DNA of 64,000 nucleotides from a virus (Duplodnaviria; Heunggongvirae; Uroviricota; Caudoviricetes): IMG/VR virus record IMGVR_UViG_3300037067_007156, positions 461,519 to 525,518 of that record; one strand, 5' to 3'. Shown piece by piece: positions 10,067 to 22,109 of this stretch (position 1 is its first letter; each line of letters starts with the position of its first letter). The notes under the pieces were generated by a model. It saw only the letters and a program-made list of their open reading frames with translations, ran no database searches and was not told where the DNA came from. The position numbers and the translations under genes were made by a program.

Positions 10067-11677
10067 ATGGAAACGATATATTTCTTAAAACAACTTGATA
10101 ATATTATTGACCAATATAACAAAAACTCTTTAAATGAGGCTTCTTTTTTTGATAATATTAAAAATACCATAAAAAACTTTTTATCTAAAAATAAAGATAA
10201 GATTGAATCCATATTACCAAAGATTTTAGATTATGTTAATAAAAAACCTATGAATGCCTTTTATAAAAAATCTATTCTAACATTCATCTTAATAACTATT
10301 CTTGGTTTTGGTTTTAATATATCTAAAGCTACTGAAATTTATCAAGAAAAAGGTGTCTATGATAAGGTTGAGTGGTCTGATATTAAAACAGAAAAAAAAT
10401 TAGATGTAAACGGACTTGACACACATTTCAAATTAGGCGACTATGATATGAAATATATGCAAGTCCAAGAATGGTATGATTCTATAACCGGTCAGTTACC
10501 ATCTTATCCCGTGTCGCTAAGAGCAACATTCATTGTCACTATTAGTAAAGACCCATCAAACCCTGCTAATAAAAATTTTGCGAAAGATGATACACCTGAA
10601 GAAAAAGCTGCTGGTGGTAGATTATTAGAAAAAAGAAAAAAAGCAGCAGTAAAAATTTTAACGATATTAAAAAATAAATTGAAGGATGAAAATATATCTT
10701 TTGAATTTGATGTTTTAACTAAAATTGAAAATGATAAAAAGGGTTATTTTTCAAAAATAGAATATGAAATTATACCTGTTGTAACAAGTAGTGTCAATTT
10801 AAACGATGATGAATATTATTCCCAAGGGGAAAATCAATATGACAATAATGATAATTTGATTAAACCAAATTTAACAGGTGGGGGTTTGGATATATCATCT
10901 TTAAGTAGAAATTATCAATTCGTAGAGCTTTTAAAACTTGGTAATATTATTTCTAAGCGTTTTAATGGTGATAAAATTGATAGTGGTGATGAGTATTCAA
11001 AATGGATAGTAAATACCAGAAAACATATTAAAGAGTTTTTAACAAGACTTCAGATAGAATATCCAGAAAAAGGTATTCAATTTGATAAAATTTCTAAATC
11101 TATAAATCCTATTTCAGGTTCAATAACCGGTGTATCAAATGTTGGTAAACAATATCAATATGTTAAAGAAAGATATATTAAATGTTTTGAAAATTTCGAA
11201 AAAGAACTTAATCCGGTTTATAATAAATGGAATAGAATATTGGGTCAGTTCTTTCCTAAACTTACTGTTGCACAAGCCGAAAAATTAGATAAAAATATAG
11301 ATAAAATCCTTAATTATCTGCAACAAATGTATGGTAACTCAATTTTAAATTTCACTTATGTTAAATATATTGATATAAAAGAAAATTCTAAATATAACAT
11401 TGTAGATGATATTTTAAAACAAATAGGTCATAAAACATTACATATGTTGGGCGCACATCAGTTCATGGAACTGGATGAAAATATTGTATCATTTAAAATA
11501 AGAGGAAGTAAAAAATACAATATCATAAAAATAAAATTGAATGGTAATGATACATATGATATAACATTTATAAGATTAACATTCAAAAAACGAACTGATA
11601 AAAAAGTTGAAGATGTATATAATGATAAATTAAGAGAAGTTTTAGCTAAAGAAACTGGTTTAACTTTATCTTTATAA
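10067..11677 (+). CDS. multidomain hypothetical phage protein
   Basis: 536-aa ORF with internal YIKCFENF motif. Confidence 0.7.
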   Translation: METIYFLKQLDNIIDQYNKNSLNEASFFDNIKNTIKNFLSKNKDKIESILPKILDYVNKKPMNAFYKKSILTFILITILGFGFNISKATEIYQEKGVYDKVEWSDIKTEKKLDVNGLDTHFKLGDYDMKYMQVQEWYDSITGQLPSYPVSLRATFIVTISKDPSNPANKNFAKDDTPEEKAAGGRLLEKRKKAAVKILTILKNKLKDENISFEFDVLTKIENDKKGYFSKIEYEIIPVVTSSVNLNDDEYYSQGENQYDNNDNLIKPNLTGGGLDISSLSRNYQFVELLKLGNIISKRFNGDKIDSGDEYSKWIVNTRKHIKEFLTRLQIEYPEKGIQFDKISKSINPISGSITGVSNVGKQYQYVKERYIKCFENFEKELNPVYNKWNRILGQFFPKLTVAQAEKLDKNIDKILNYLQQMYGNSILNFTYVKYIDIKENSKYNIVDDILKQIGHKTLHMLGAHQFMELDENIVSFKIRGSKKYNIIKIKLNGNDTYDITFIRLTFKKRTDKKVEDVYNDKLREVLAKETGLTLSL

Positions 11678-11680
11678 TTA

Positions 11681-12082
11681 TTAATTGTTTTCAGATTTAG
11701 TAATAAGTCTGTTAACTAAAAGATTTAAATTTTTATCATTTAATATTTCAACCATTATATCTTGATTAATTTTACTTATAGTTTCTGTTTTTCCTTTAAA
11801 TTTTTTATATGCATCAGAATTATAATAAATTATCATATCGGCTATTTCACTTTCAGTAAAATCATTATAAAAATTAAAATATTTTTTTCTTTTTTTATTA
11901 ACAGCTTTTCCAAAATTTTCTTTACAATATATTTTAACAATATCTATCATCTTTGGTTTTAGAACACTTTCTAATTGTATATCTAATATATGATTAACAT
12001 TTTTGTAAAATTCCTCATCAATATTCATAGTATCAAGTAAATTATTAATCAATTGTTCTTTATCATCATTTTTATCTTCCAT
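11681..12082 (-). CDS. DUF2059-like protein
   Basis: FTESEIADMIIYYNSDAYKK resembles the DUF2059 core. Confidence 0.5.
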   Translation of the reverse strand: MEDKNDDKEQLINNLLDTMNIDEEFYKNVNHILDIQLESVLKPKMIDIVKIYCKENFGKAVNKKRKKYFNFYNDFTESEIADMIIYYNSDAYKKFKGKTETISKINQDIMVEILNDKNLNLLVNRLITKSENN

Positions 12083-12151
12083 ATATAGATATTGTTTTAA
12101 ATTATATATTAAAGAATATGAAGTCCAATCTTTAAATTTATTTTAATTTTT

Positions 12152-12160
12152 AATATATAA
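12152..12160 (+). promoter_or_regulatory. putative phage late promoter AATATATA (representative copy)
   Basis: (T)AATATATA about 15-30 nt upstream of many starts, e.g. 12180, 20558, 43033, 50512, 53086, 61504 (+) and 1550, 7026, 22403, 27313, 28584, 34767, 50448, 55933, 63703 (-); analogous to the T4 late TATAAATA. Confidence 0.6.
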
Positions 12161-12179
12161 AATAAAATAAAAAACATAT

Positions 12180-12491
12180 ATGAAATTTTTAAAGAAATTT
12201 GAAGGATACAATAAACCAATGAAAAACATTGAGACCAGAGATGAAGAAACTATAAACTTAACCGATACTAATGAATCCGCAAAAATAAATGATAACACTG
12301 TAAATGAACTTTTATCCGCAATAGATAAAATTGAAAAAATATTCGATGATGAATATATTCCAAAATTGTATAGATTGGTTAAAAATGATGAAATCGATGA
12401 AAGATTGATTGACCATGCTGATACAGTTTCTAATGACTTCGCTGCACTAAGAAACTGGGCTAAAGAAAACTATTTTAAACGGACAAAATAG
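12180..12491 (+). CDS. putative head-packaged small protein
   Basis: N-terminus MKFLKKFEGY. Confidence 0.6.
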   Translation: MKFLKKFEGYNKPMKNIETRDEETINLTDTNESAKINDNTVNELLSAIDKIEKIFDDEYIPKLYRLVKNDEIDERLIDHADTVSNDFAALRNWAKENYFKRTK

Positions 12492-12500
12492 ATAATAATT

Positions 12501-13274
12501 TTATCTGGCTCGTACATGGCGTTTTGTTGATGCTATTAAATCTCCCTTGTAATATAATTTTCTATCATCAGGTGTGGTGATTAATATCAAACCATCAAAA
12601 TTATATGTGTAACCATTATTAATTTTACAATCAAAATTAATTATATCACAACCTTTATCAATCGGTGGACATGCTATGAAAGTTACAACTTTATCATCTT
12701 TTTTGACGATAATCATATTCGAGTTGTTAATATCAAAAGATATATCGTAGTTCATATTTTTTAATTTAAAATTTATCAGTCCTTATTCGATATAATATTT
12801 CAACTTCAATAGCACGAGATATATTACTATATTTATCACGCCATGTATAATAGTAGTGATTCTCGGCATCAAAAAGAGTTTTCATCAACTTTGATACCTT
12901 AAAATGAGCAGGTGTATCTTCATTTGACATAAGATGGTGTTCTTTTAAAAGTCCTTTAAGTTCATCATTGCTCAATGTTTTTGTTATATCAAAACAACTG
13001 GGAGTTTTAATGTCTTGCATACTCTTTATTATTTAGTTGTAATACGAATTATACACTCATCCATTATCAAATCAGAAATGGCATCTAAATTTGCAAAAAG
13101 ACCAGATTCAGTTTCAACTACTGCACCAAATTCTTTAAAAACTGAATTACTTGATGGGGGTAAATTGAAATTGGTATATAATCCACGAAATTCTAAAATA
13201 AGAACTTTGAATTTCTCATCAGACATCTGATGTAAAAAATCGCTGGAATTGGTTAATTTGGTTCTAAGTAACAT
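12501..13274 (-). CDS. three small hypothetical proteins (12501-12755, 12766-13020, 13029-13274)
   Basis: Tightly packed co-oriented ORFs behind a TAnnTTTG motif. Confidence 0.55.
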
Positions 13275-13344
13275 ATCTGTATATTTTTAGTTTATTAGAC
13301 AAAAATATACAGAAAAATATTATAAAAAAAATCCTAAGAGAAAT

Positions 13345-13797
13345 TTACACACTTTTAAACTCTAAATGGTTGGTGAAAACATTACCAGTTAAAGAACCAC
13401 CATATAAACCAACTAACGCTGAAAAGGTTTCACTTAATATGTTTGGTTTTTCTTCCTCAGTTATATCATCCATCACATTAATTTCAAACTCAATTTCATA
13501 ATCATTTAAACCAGTTTCATTATCATCTTCACTTACCTCAACATCCTCTACTACCATCTCTTCTTCTATTTTACTAAAATATTTTTTAATAAAATTATCA
13601 TCAATAGTAAGATTTATTAATTTAGCTGATATATTAAAAACTAAACCATCTTTAATATCAACCATAATATTACCACCAAAATATTCTTCTATAAAATTAA
13701 TTATTATTTTTTGAGAAAGACATGAAACCTTTTTTTCTGAACCACATGTAACACCAGTTCGGTTTTTTCTTAAATATTCTGAGGTTATTTCTATCAT
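13345..13797 (-). CDS. acidic hypothetical protein
   Basis: 150-aa ORF. Confidence 0.6.
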   Translation of the reverse strand: MIEITSEYLRKNRTGVTCGSEKKVSCLSQKIIINFIEEYFGGNIMVDIKDGLVFNISAKLINLTIDDNFIKKYFSKIEEEMVVEDVEVSEDDNETGLNDYEIEFEINVMDDITEEEKPNILSETFSALVGLYGGSLTGNVFTNHLEFKSV

Positions 13798-13960
13798 AAA
13801 ATTAAATTATTTTTCAAATGTAACTAAATATTTATATATAATCTAAAGATTGAAATTTTTTATAAAATAGATTTATGCATTGTGGAATCGATAAAGGTAT
13901 TTTATGCATTATAGTATCTATAAACAATAAGGGAAAATAATAAGAGGTTTAAAACCTCTT

Positions 13961-14536
<576 letters not shown>

Positions 14537-14803
14537 TTAATGTTATATATTAAAAACACCTACAACAAATATATTCACAAAAAAGTAAAAAGTTTAAATT
14601 ATTTTTAATAGGAATATCTATAACACGTAACTATCCCTGTGTATAGGACGTATAATACCATATTACCTATAAAAAATAATGATTATGAAAAATGCTAACA
14701 ATAATAATTTGCTATTTAATATTCAAGTTTTTTAATCAAACCAATATACCAAAGAATGAAGAATTAAAATTAGAAGAAAAAACTATAAATAATTAATCAT
14801 GAA

Positions 14804-15340
14804 CTATTTTTCTTTTAATAATAAAAAATTTGCTTCGAATGCTTTGTAATCTTTACAAAAGAAAACATTTTCATCAATCATAGACATTATTAAATGTTCT
14901 CGAAGAACATTAAAAATATCCGACCACATATCACCCATAAAAAATATAGCTGGTTTAATATCAGAAGCTTTTATTAAGTCCATTAATAAAAATGCTTCTG
15001 ATAATGTACCATAAGAACCTATTTGAATAACAAATATTTCACTTTCATCCATCAATAAAAATAATCTATCGAAAATGTTTGGTGTTATAACTGTTTTGGT
15101 TAAATATTTATTTCCATTCACCGAAGGAAATATTTGACATGTATAACCTATAACTTCCCCACCAGCTTCTTTAGCACCTTTTGAAACAGCTGCCATTAAA
15201 CCATTATATCCACCATTTTTTAAAAAATAACCAGATTCTGCTAATAATTTACCAATTTTAATTGTTTCTTGATAATTAATAGAATCTTCTTTTTCAAAAC
15301 CATTACCAAAAAAAGTTGCATATTTTTCAACACTATTCAT
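14804..15340 (-). CDS. LOG/SLOG family nucleotide phosphoribohydrolase
   Basis: GGYNGLMAAVSKGAKEAGGEVIG and GSYGTLSE motifs. Confidence 0.85.
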   Translation of the reverse strand: MNSVEKYATFFGNGFEKEDSINYQETIKIGKLLAESGYFLKNGGYNGLMAAVSKGAKEAGGEVIGYTCQIFPSVNGNKYLTKTVITPNIFDRLFLLMDESEIFVIQIGSYGTLSEAFLLMDLIKASDIKPAIFFMGDMWSDIFNVLREHLIMSMIDENVFFCKDYKAFEANFLLLKEK

Positions 15341-15373
15341 ATAAATAATTTTTACAAATATATTGAATTATTA

Positions 15374-15913
15374 TTATAAATTATTTAAAAGTGGATGATT
15401 TTCATTACTTTTAGTTTGATTATCTTTAATAGCATCATTAACATAGTTTTCTATAATTTCTACTGATTTTATGTACTGAGAAACAAACATGTCATCAAAA
15501 AAACCATAATATGTAATAATTGTTTCACCTTTAATCGTAGAATTATCACTACTTGATACACAAGAAACTATTTCATTATAATAATTATCAATTGACTTAA
15601 CATAAACTTTAATGAATAAAGTTCCAAATTTACCATCATATTTTAATTTATAATCATTTGATAAATATTCACTAAAATAAACAACATCTTTAAAGTCAAT
15701 TGTTTTACTATAATAAACACATTTATACTCAATCTTATTAATAGTATCTTGTAGATAAGGATAACTACTTATAGTAGTTTTTACAACATTTTTATTGTTA
15801 TTTTCATATTTTTTATAGAATTCTTCTGTGTTATATGTTTTATTACAAGACACAAAAGAAATAAGAACTAATAACATTAATGTTATTCCAGATATTTTAA
15901 TTAATCTTTTCAT
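15374..15913 (-). CDS. putative lipoprotein
   Basis: Signal peptide ending FVSC. Confidence 0.55.
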   Translation of the reverse strand: MKRLIKISGITLMLLVLISFVSCNKTYNTEEFYKKYENNNKNVVKTTISSYPYLQDTINKIEYKCVYYSKTIDFKDVVYFSEYLSNDYKLKYDGKFGTLFIKVYVKSIDNYYNEIVSCVSSSDNSTIKGETIITYYGFFDDMFVSQYIKSVEIIENYVNDAIKDNQTKSNENHPLLNNL

Positions 15914-15947
15914 TTTTAAATAGTTGTTTTTATATACCTAAATGGTA

Positions 15948-17087
15948 TTATTTTATATTTTCATCTAAAATTTTTTCTATATTTTTTATTTCAAAATATG
16001 GAATTCTTATAAGTTTTATATTATTGTTTTTACAATAGTCTGTTTTTATTTGGTCTCTGATTTGCATACTTTTTAATCCCATTTCACCACCAAAATTGTT
16101 TATAGATTTATAATGTTGTTCACCATCATATTCTACACATATATTTTCTTCTGGCAAATAAAAATCAAAAGGTAATTTTAGTTTATTTTTACAATCATCA
16201 AATTTAAATTCTCTTTTATATTTTATATTTTTTTCCTTTAAATATAAATCAATTATTTTTTCTCCTTTTGATTCTTTACAATGAGGACAACCACTATCAA
16301 GATTTACAAAATCATTATAATTTGGAAACCATTTATGACCAAGATTACAACTCAATGAAATTTTAGTTGTTAAAGAAGAATTATAAATAAATTCATTTAA
16401 TAATGTATAATTTTTTTCTTCACATTTTAACTTAACTTTATTTTCAGCCTCTTGTTGTGTTGTTAATAAATTATTACCACAACGAGAACAACCATATTTT
16501 AAATAAACAAAATTACTAAAAATAGATTCCCAAATATAACCATCCTTTTTACATTTTAATGTTAAATGTGTTTTTGTACCATTTTTATAAATAAATGGGT
16601 ATAATAATTCATAATTTTCTTCTTCACACCTCTGATTCACTTTATTTTCAGACTCTTGTTGTGTTAGCTTTAATAAACCACTACATTTAGGACAACCACA
16701 TTCTAAATTGATAAATTTTTTATACGATGTATTCCATTGATAATTATCTTTTAAACACTTTAATTTTAAATTATTAGAGTGGTTATTTTTATATACAAAT
16801 GGTTCAATTATTATATAATTTAATTGATTACATTTAATTTTTATTTTTTCTAAAACCTCATCATGTGTATATTTTAATGTCCCACTACATTTAGGACACC
16901 CCGTTTTTTTATTAATAAAATTATTATAAGATATTTCCCATATATAATTGTCTTTAATACATTTTAAAATAATCTTTGATTTATTATTTACATAAATAAA
17001 TGGTTTAACTAAAATATAATCAGATTCAATACATCTTTTTGAAATTTTAATATCTACATCTTTCTGTAATAATCTTAAACCTCTCAT
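15948..17087 (-). CDS. putative homing endonuclease, Zn-ribbon repeats plus Vsr/DUF559-like PD-(D/E)xK domain
   Basis: Repeated C..D.Y.W...GCPKC units; C-terminal SKGE..I, LPFDFYLP, VEYDGEQH, RDQIK. Confidence 0.8.
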   Translation of the reverse strand: MRGLRLLQKDVDIKISKRCIESDYILVKPFIYVNNKSKIILKCIKDNYIWEISYNNFINKKTGCPKCSGTLKYTHDEVLEKIKIKCNQLNYIIIEPFVYKNNHSNNLKLKCLKDNYQWNTSYKKFINLECGCPKCSGLLKLTQQESENKVNQRCEEENYELLYPFIYKNGTKTHLTLKCKKDGYIWESIFSNFVYLKYGCSRCGNNLLTTQQEAENKVKLKCEEKNYTLLNEFIYNSSLTTKISLSCNLGHKWFPNYNDFVNLDSGCPHCKESKGEKIIDLYLKEKNIKYKREFKFDDCKNKLKLPFDFYLPEENICVEYDGEQHYKSINNFGGEMGLKSMQIRDQIKTDYCKNNNIKLIRIPYFEIKNIEKILDENIK

Positions 17088-17102
17088 AATATATTATAAT
17101 AA

Positions 17103-20003
17103 TTAGTGTAAAAATGTTACATAACCACTTAATATTTCTTTTCTCCCTGATGTATAAGTCACCCAACATTTCCATACATAAACACCTTGTATAGCTAAAT
17201 GTAACCCATCATCAAGATAACCATCCCACCCCTTTTCTAATTGGTTGGATTCATATATCAAATTACCCCACCTGTTATAAATTTCCAATTTATATTCTGA
17301 TACATTAGTCGGATGTGGTCTAAAAACAGTATTGTCAATAACTGTTTCATCCCAATATCCACCAGTACTACCAACCCCATTCCATCGAAAGGCGTTGGGA
17401 AATACTATAAAACCTTCATCTGAATTAACTCTAATTAAATTATCTTTTATTATAGAATCCGTACAATTATTTTCACTCCATACGTATAATATTATATCAT
17501 ATTCACCTTCTGCTGTATATGTATATGATGGATGAATATCAGTTGATGTACTACCATCTCCGAATGTCCAATAACACCTATCCATATCAATAGAAGTATT
17601 GTAGAATTTAAAAAGTTGATTTAAATCAACTGATTCTTCTGGATAGACATTAAAAAGTGCTACTGGATGTGGATATACTGTAATAGTGACTGAATCTTTA
17701 GAAACTCCACTCATACCATACCCAGACATAACCACGTTATATGTTCCACTTTCATAAAAAGTGTGTGTTGGTTCATATTCGGTTGAATAAAAACCATCTC
17801 CAAAATCCCAAATATAACTATCAGCAAAAGTTGTATTATTTCTAAAAATAACAGTAAAAGGTGGACAACCACTTGAATCCATTTCGATATCAGTCATTGG
17901 TGGTGGTGGTAATATTATTATTGATTTAGTAATACTATCAGAACAATATAAACTATAAGTTTTTAAAAATATATTATATGTACCATAATTTGAATATATA
18001 TGATTTAATGGTTCTTTTATTGTAATATTTAAATTATCACCAAAATTCCAATAATATAACCAGTTGCCAGCATTGCTTAAATTATCTAATAAAACAGTTG
18101 AACTTGGAAATATTTGTTCAATAGGTGCTACAAAAAAATCGGCAATTGGTCTTGGATAAATTGAAATGTTATGTGAAGTTGTTGAAACACAATTATTATC
18201 AGTATAAACCGTTAATGTCGGATGAAATATAGTATCATGAATTGAATTATTTATATAACCGTGTGTCAAAATTGAACTTGAATTTGTTTCTGATGCACCA
18301 TCATCAAAATTCCAATCGTATCTGAGAAAACCAGACTGAGAGGTAAAATTAGCTATCACAGGACTACACAAATTATCTGCTGATATAGTAAAATCTGAAT
18401 TTGGTAATGGGTAAACTTCCAATTCTATCGAATCATTTAATGATGATGAACAAACCAATGAATCATGATATTCTGTTATACTAATCAAATTATAATCATA
18501 TAAACCATCAAAAGCAATTGTGTCATTAACAGTTATTTGATTTGTCGTTATATTATTTATATTTTGTGAAACACCATTTTTTGATAATATCAAATCAGTT
18601 ATTCCACCAAATAATTCAACATATATTTCAATTGGTATTATATTCGAATTTTTATCACAAAACGCAGAATCCTTGGTTATAAACCAAGCATTTGGTAAAT
18701 CATAAACTGTTATTGTTGTCTGGTCTACACCAACACAACCATTAGTATCGGGTGGTGTTGAAAAACTTATCATATAATCACCAGTACGTGTAGGTGAAAA
18801 TAAACCAAGCGTGTTATCAACAATACCACCACCAGACCACGAACCAGAAGGAAAGTCAACACCTAAATCAAATGTATCTGTTGTAAAACATATTGGTGCA
18901 AAATCAGTTATGTTTACAACAGGTGTAGGTAAAACATTAACTATTGCTGTATCCCAGTTACTACACCCATTTCCATCAGTTACATCATAACGAATTATAT
19001 GTTGTCCAGCATCTGCAACACTTGGTGAAAACAAACCACTTGACCCATTTATAACACCATCACCAGACCACGTACCACCATTAGTAGCAGCAGTTAAATT
19101 TATTGGACTTGCTGTTCTACATATATCTGGAATATTATTTATGGTAGCATTTGGATATGGAACTATTAATATTATTGCAGTTGTTGTGACTGGTGGGTTG
19201 TCACCGTTTATTAAATCAACAGGAAGTCCTGATATATTAGGGTCATCATATGGATTACAATAATTCCAATATCTAAGTGTTACTTGAAAATATTGTCCTA
19301 CTAACTTATCATTAGCAACATTCATCCATTGACTATAAATACCAGAACCAGCAACCGGGGCTGGTAATGTTATAATGTTTCCATAATACGGAAATATTTG
19401 TGAAACACCGTTTATGGTAACAGGTGTACCTGTCATTGTTATATCAGTTCCATAAACCCACTGTATCCATCTTGTTTCTAAATTGGGAACATCATTCTCT
19501 TGTGGTGGAACACAATTAAATCTTGTAACATCTCTAAATCGAACATTAGCACCATTACCAAAACATATTGGATATATTCTTGGTTGAATATTTAAAAATC
19601 CTCCATTACTATTATCATTATCCCAAATTGTAACAATTTGTTGCTGTTCGGATGATGTACACACCTGACCATTCACAATTAAAGTGGCAGCAGGTTGATA
19701 ATTACATTGATTATTAGAATTATATATATGATTTGAAGTTGTACTCCATTCACGAATAGTTGGGTCTGGATTTGTATTTGTGGCAATTACTGTCTGAGTC
19801 GTTCCATCATCCCAATTATATCTAATTGTAACTGGTGTTCCATTATTATTAACACCTCTGTATGTTACAGTCCAATCAACAGAAACAGGGGAACATAAAT
19901 CAGTGGGAAGAATATCATTGGCTTTTGATATAATCGAACAATCTTGACTAAAGATAGTTATACTATATACAAAAAAAAATATCAATAGAAAATATTTTCT
20001 CAT
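17103..20003 (-). CDS. PKD-repeat surface protein with gliding-motility-associated C-terminal domain (T9SS type-B CTD)
   Basis: Signal peptide, multiple WxFGDG PKD repeats, C-terminal FPNAF...FRP...IYNRWG...GWDG...GVYVW. Confidence 0.9.
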   Translation of the reverse strand: MRKYFLLIFFFVYSITIFSQDCSIISKANDILPTDLCSPVSVDWTVTYRGVNNNGTPVTIRYNWDDGTTQTVIATNTNPDPTIREWSTTSNHIYNSNNQCNYQPAATLIVNGQVCTSSEQQQIVTIWDNDNSNGGFLNIQPRIYPICFGNGANVRFRDVTRFNCVPPQENDVPNLETRWIQWVYGTDITMTGTPVTINGVSQIFPYYGNIITLPAPVAGSGIYSQWMNVANDKLVGQYFQVTLRYWNYCNPYDDPNISGLPVDLINGDNPPVTTTAIILIVPYPNATINNIPDICRTASPINLTAATNGGTWSGDGVINGSSGLFSPSVADAGQHIIRYDVTDGNGCSNWDTAIVNVLPTPVVNITDFAPICFTTDTFDLGVDFPSGSWSGGGIVDNTLGLFSPTRTGDYMISFSTPPDTNGCVGVDQTTITVYDLPNAWFITKDSAFCDKNSNIIPIEIYVELFGGITDLILSKNGVSQNINNITTNQITVNDTIAFDGLYDYNLISITEYHDSLVCSSSLNDSIELEVYPLPNSDFTISADNLCSPVIANFTSQSGFLRYDWNFDDGASETNSSSILTHGYINNSIHDTIFHPTLTVYTDNNCVSTTSHNISIYPRPIADFFVAPIEQIFPSSTVLLDNLSNAGNWLYYWNFGDNLNITIKEPLNHIYSNYGTYNIFLKTYSLYCSDSITKSIIILPPPPMTDIEMDSSGCPPFTVIFRNNTTFADSYIWDFGDGFYSTEYEPTHTFYESGTYNVVMSGYGMSGVSKDSVTITVYPHPVALFNVYPEESVDLNQLFKFYNTSIDMDRCYWTFGDGSTSTDIHPSYTYTAEGEYDIILYVWSENNCTDSIIKDNLIRVNSDEGFIVFPNAFRWNGVGSTGGYWDETVIDNTVFRPHPTNVSEYKLEIYNRWGNLIYESNQLEKGWDGYLDDGLHLAIQGVYVWKCWVTYTSGRKEILSGYVTFLH

Positions 20004-20090
20004 AACTAAAACATGTTTTAATGTTCTTTATAGAACAAAAAATCATTTTTGTTTAAATATTTTCTATTGATAATTAAAGTTTATTAAAAA

Positions 20091-20354
20091 TTATTTCTTT
20101 TCTTCAGGGTTTTCTTCAGTTTCACCGTCTTTGCATTTACAGTCTTTACATTTGTCACATTCTTCACCCTCTTTACATTCACAATCACATTTTTTTTCAT
20201 CTATTTTTTCTTCAGGTGTAACAACTGTTTCTTCTGTTTTACTTTCACCTAATACATCTTTTGATGTTTCAGTCCTTTTTGTTTTCTTAGCTTCAAAATC
20301 ACTTTGAAAATTTTTAACAAACTCATTAAAGCAAAGCAAATTGTTTAGTTTCAT
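20091..20354 (-). CDS. small Cys-rich (metallothionein-like) protein
   Basis: CDCECKEGEECDKCKDCKC; N-terminal LLCFNEFVKN motif. Confidence 0.55.
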   Translation of the reverse strand: MKLNNLLCFNEFVKNFQSDFEAKKTKRTETSKDVLGESKTEETVVTPEEKIDEKKCDCECKEGEECDKCKDCKCKDGETEENPEEKK

Positions 20355-20557
20355 ATTTCTAAAAATTTATTTTTATATATGTATATATTTTTAAAATAAA
20401 ATCATTTTTTCTTCATTTTTATCAAAAATATAACACCCTTATTATCAGTATATTATATTTTTGAATGTTCAAACTTCTTCAAAAGGTACAACTTAATGAT
20501 ATATACTATATAATATAATTTACTTTTTTTCTTAAATATATAAAATCAAAAAAAAAT

Positions 20558-20848
20558 ATGAATAATTTATTAAATCAAAATTTTGAAGAATTTAAAGAAA
20601 ATTATGGTTATAACGAAGTTAACACATTGTTTAATGAAAAATTAACATCATTAAATAATACAAATGATGATGATATTGATGAATCTGATGAAACGTTTTA
20701 TTTAAATGTAAGTGATGAAGAAATAGCTAATGAGTTAGTTGAAGAATTATTAGATAATTTTGAAGGGTTGTATGGTGAATTGAATGATTCTGAAAGAAAA
20801 AATGTTCAAGATATGATAATAGAATATTATGAATTTTTGAAATTTTAA
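20558..20848 (+). CDS. acidic hypothetical protein
   Basis: ORF with QNFEEFKE motif; TATATA upstream. Confidence 0.6.
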   Translation: MNNLLNQNFEEFKENYGYNEVNTLFNEKLTSLNNTNDDDIDESDETFYLNVSDEEIANELVEELLDNFEGLYGELNDSERKNVQDMIIEYYEFLKF

Positions 20849-20947
20849 ATGATGGTAAAAATACCGATAAATATATAATATCGGTATAATTGTCGATGAA
20901 AATTATATTTTTATTTTTAATAAATATATACATATATAAATGAATAT

Positions 20948-21898
20948 TTGAAATTGAAAAAGTTTAAGAAGTATAAATATAATCCAGCTAATTTGTCATA
21001 TGATGAAATAAAAATAACATATAAAGAAATTTTATTTAAAATTTTATTTTTAATATTATTTGGGTTGGTATCTTATTTCACGATTTCCTATATATTTGAA
21101 TCACCTGAAGAAAAAAGATTAAAAGATAAAATATTTGTGATGTGGACAGATATTCAAATTATAATTAACAGGATTGATGGATTAGAATCTATTATTAATG
21201 AAATTGAATCGAAAGATAGTGTTATTTATAAATCATTATTTGAGTCTGAACCAGATTTTAAAATGATTACTGAAGAAAATAATGATAAAAATTATAAATC
21301 AAATTATATTAAATTTGTTGAAGAAACACATCAAAGATTAAATGTTATTCAACGAAAAATTACTGAAGAGTATAGTAGTTATGAGAATATTGAAAAATTA
21401 GCTTTACAAAAAGAAGATTATTTTAAAAAAGTACCAGCTATACAACCAATATCTAATAAAGATTTAAGAAGAACAGCGAGTGGTTGGGGATGGAGGACAC
21501 ATCCTATTTATAAAATTAGAAAATTTCATTATGGTTTAGATTTTAGTGCAAAAGAAGGAACACCTATATTTGCTACTGGAGATGCCACAGTTGAATATGT
21601 AAAAAGTGAATTAAGGGGATATGGTAATTTTGTGATTTTAAATCATGGTTATGGATTTAAAACTCTGTATGGTCATATGAGTAAATTTAATGTTAAAAAT
21701 GGACAAAAAGTAAAACGAGGTGATATTATTGGATTTGTTGGTACTACTGGTACAAGTACGGGTACACATTTACATTATGAAGTTTTAAAAAATGACCAAA
21801 GAATTAATCCTATTAATTTTTTCTTTAATGATTTAACACCGGATGAATATGAGAAAATGATTAAGATATCTAATTCTATGAATCAAACGTTTGATTAA
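20948..21898 (+). CDS. M23 family peptidoglycan endopeptidase, Bacteroidota type
   Basis: TM helix, coiled coil, PAIQP, HYGLDF, YGHMS, HLHYEV. Confidence 0.92.
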   Translation: MKLKKFKKYKYNPANLSYDEIKITYKEILFKILFLILFGLVSYFTISYIFESPEEKRLKDKIFVMWTDIQIIINRIDGLESIINEIESKDSVIYKSLFESEPDFKMITEENNDKNYKSNYIKFVEETHQRLNVIQRKITEEYSSYENIEKLALQKEDYFKKVPAIQPISNKDLRRTASGWGWRTHPIYKIRKFHYGLDFSAKEGTPIFATGDATVEYVKSELRGYGNFVILNHGYGFKTLYGHMSKFNVKNGQKVKRGDIIGFVGTTGTSTGTHLHYEVLKNDQRINPINFFFNDLTPDEYEKMIKISNSMNQTFD

Positions 21899-22109
21899 GA
21901 TTTAATATAATAATATTTATGAAATTATTATAGGTTATTTATAAATATTATATGAATGTTGTTACATATGTAAGATACGCAAAAAATTAAAGGTATAATA
22001 ATATAATTATAAATTTTACAAGTGATATTTTATATATTAGACCCAGATTAAATCAATTGATAATGATTGGTACATGAAATAAAAATGATAATAATATTTA
22101 TTCTTAAAA

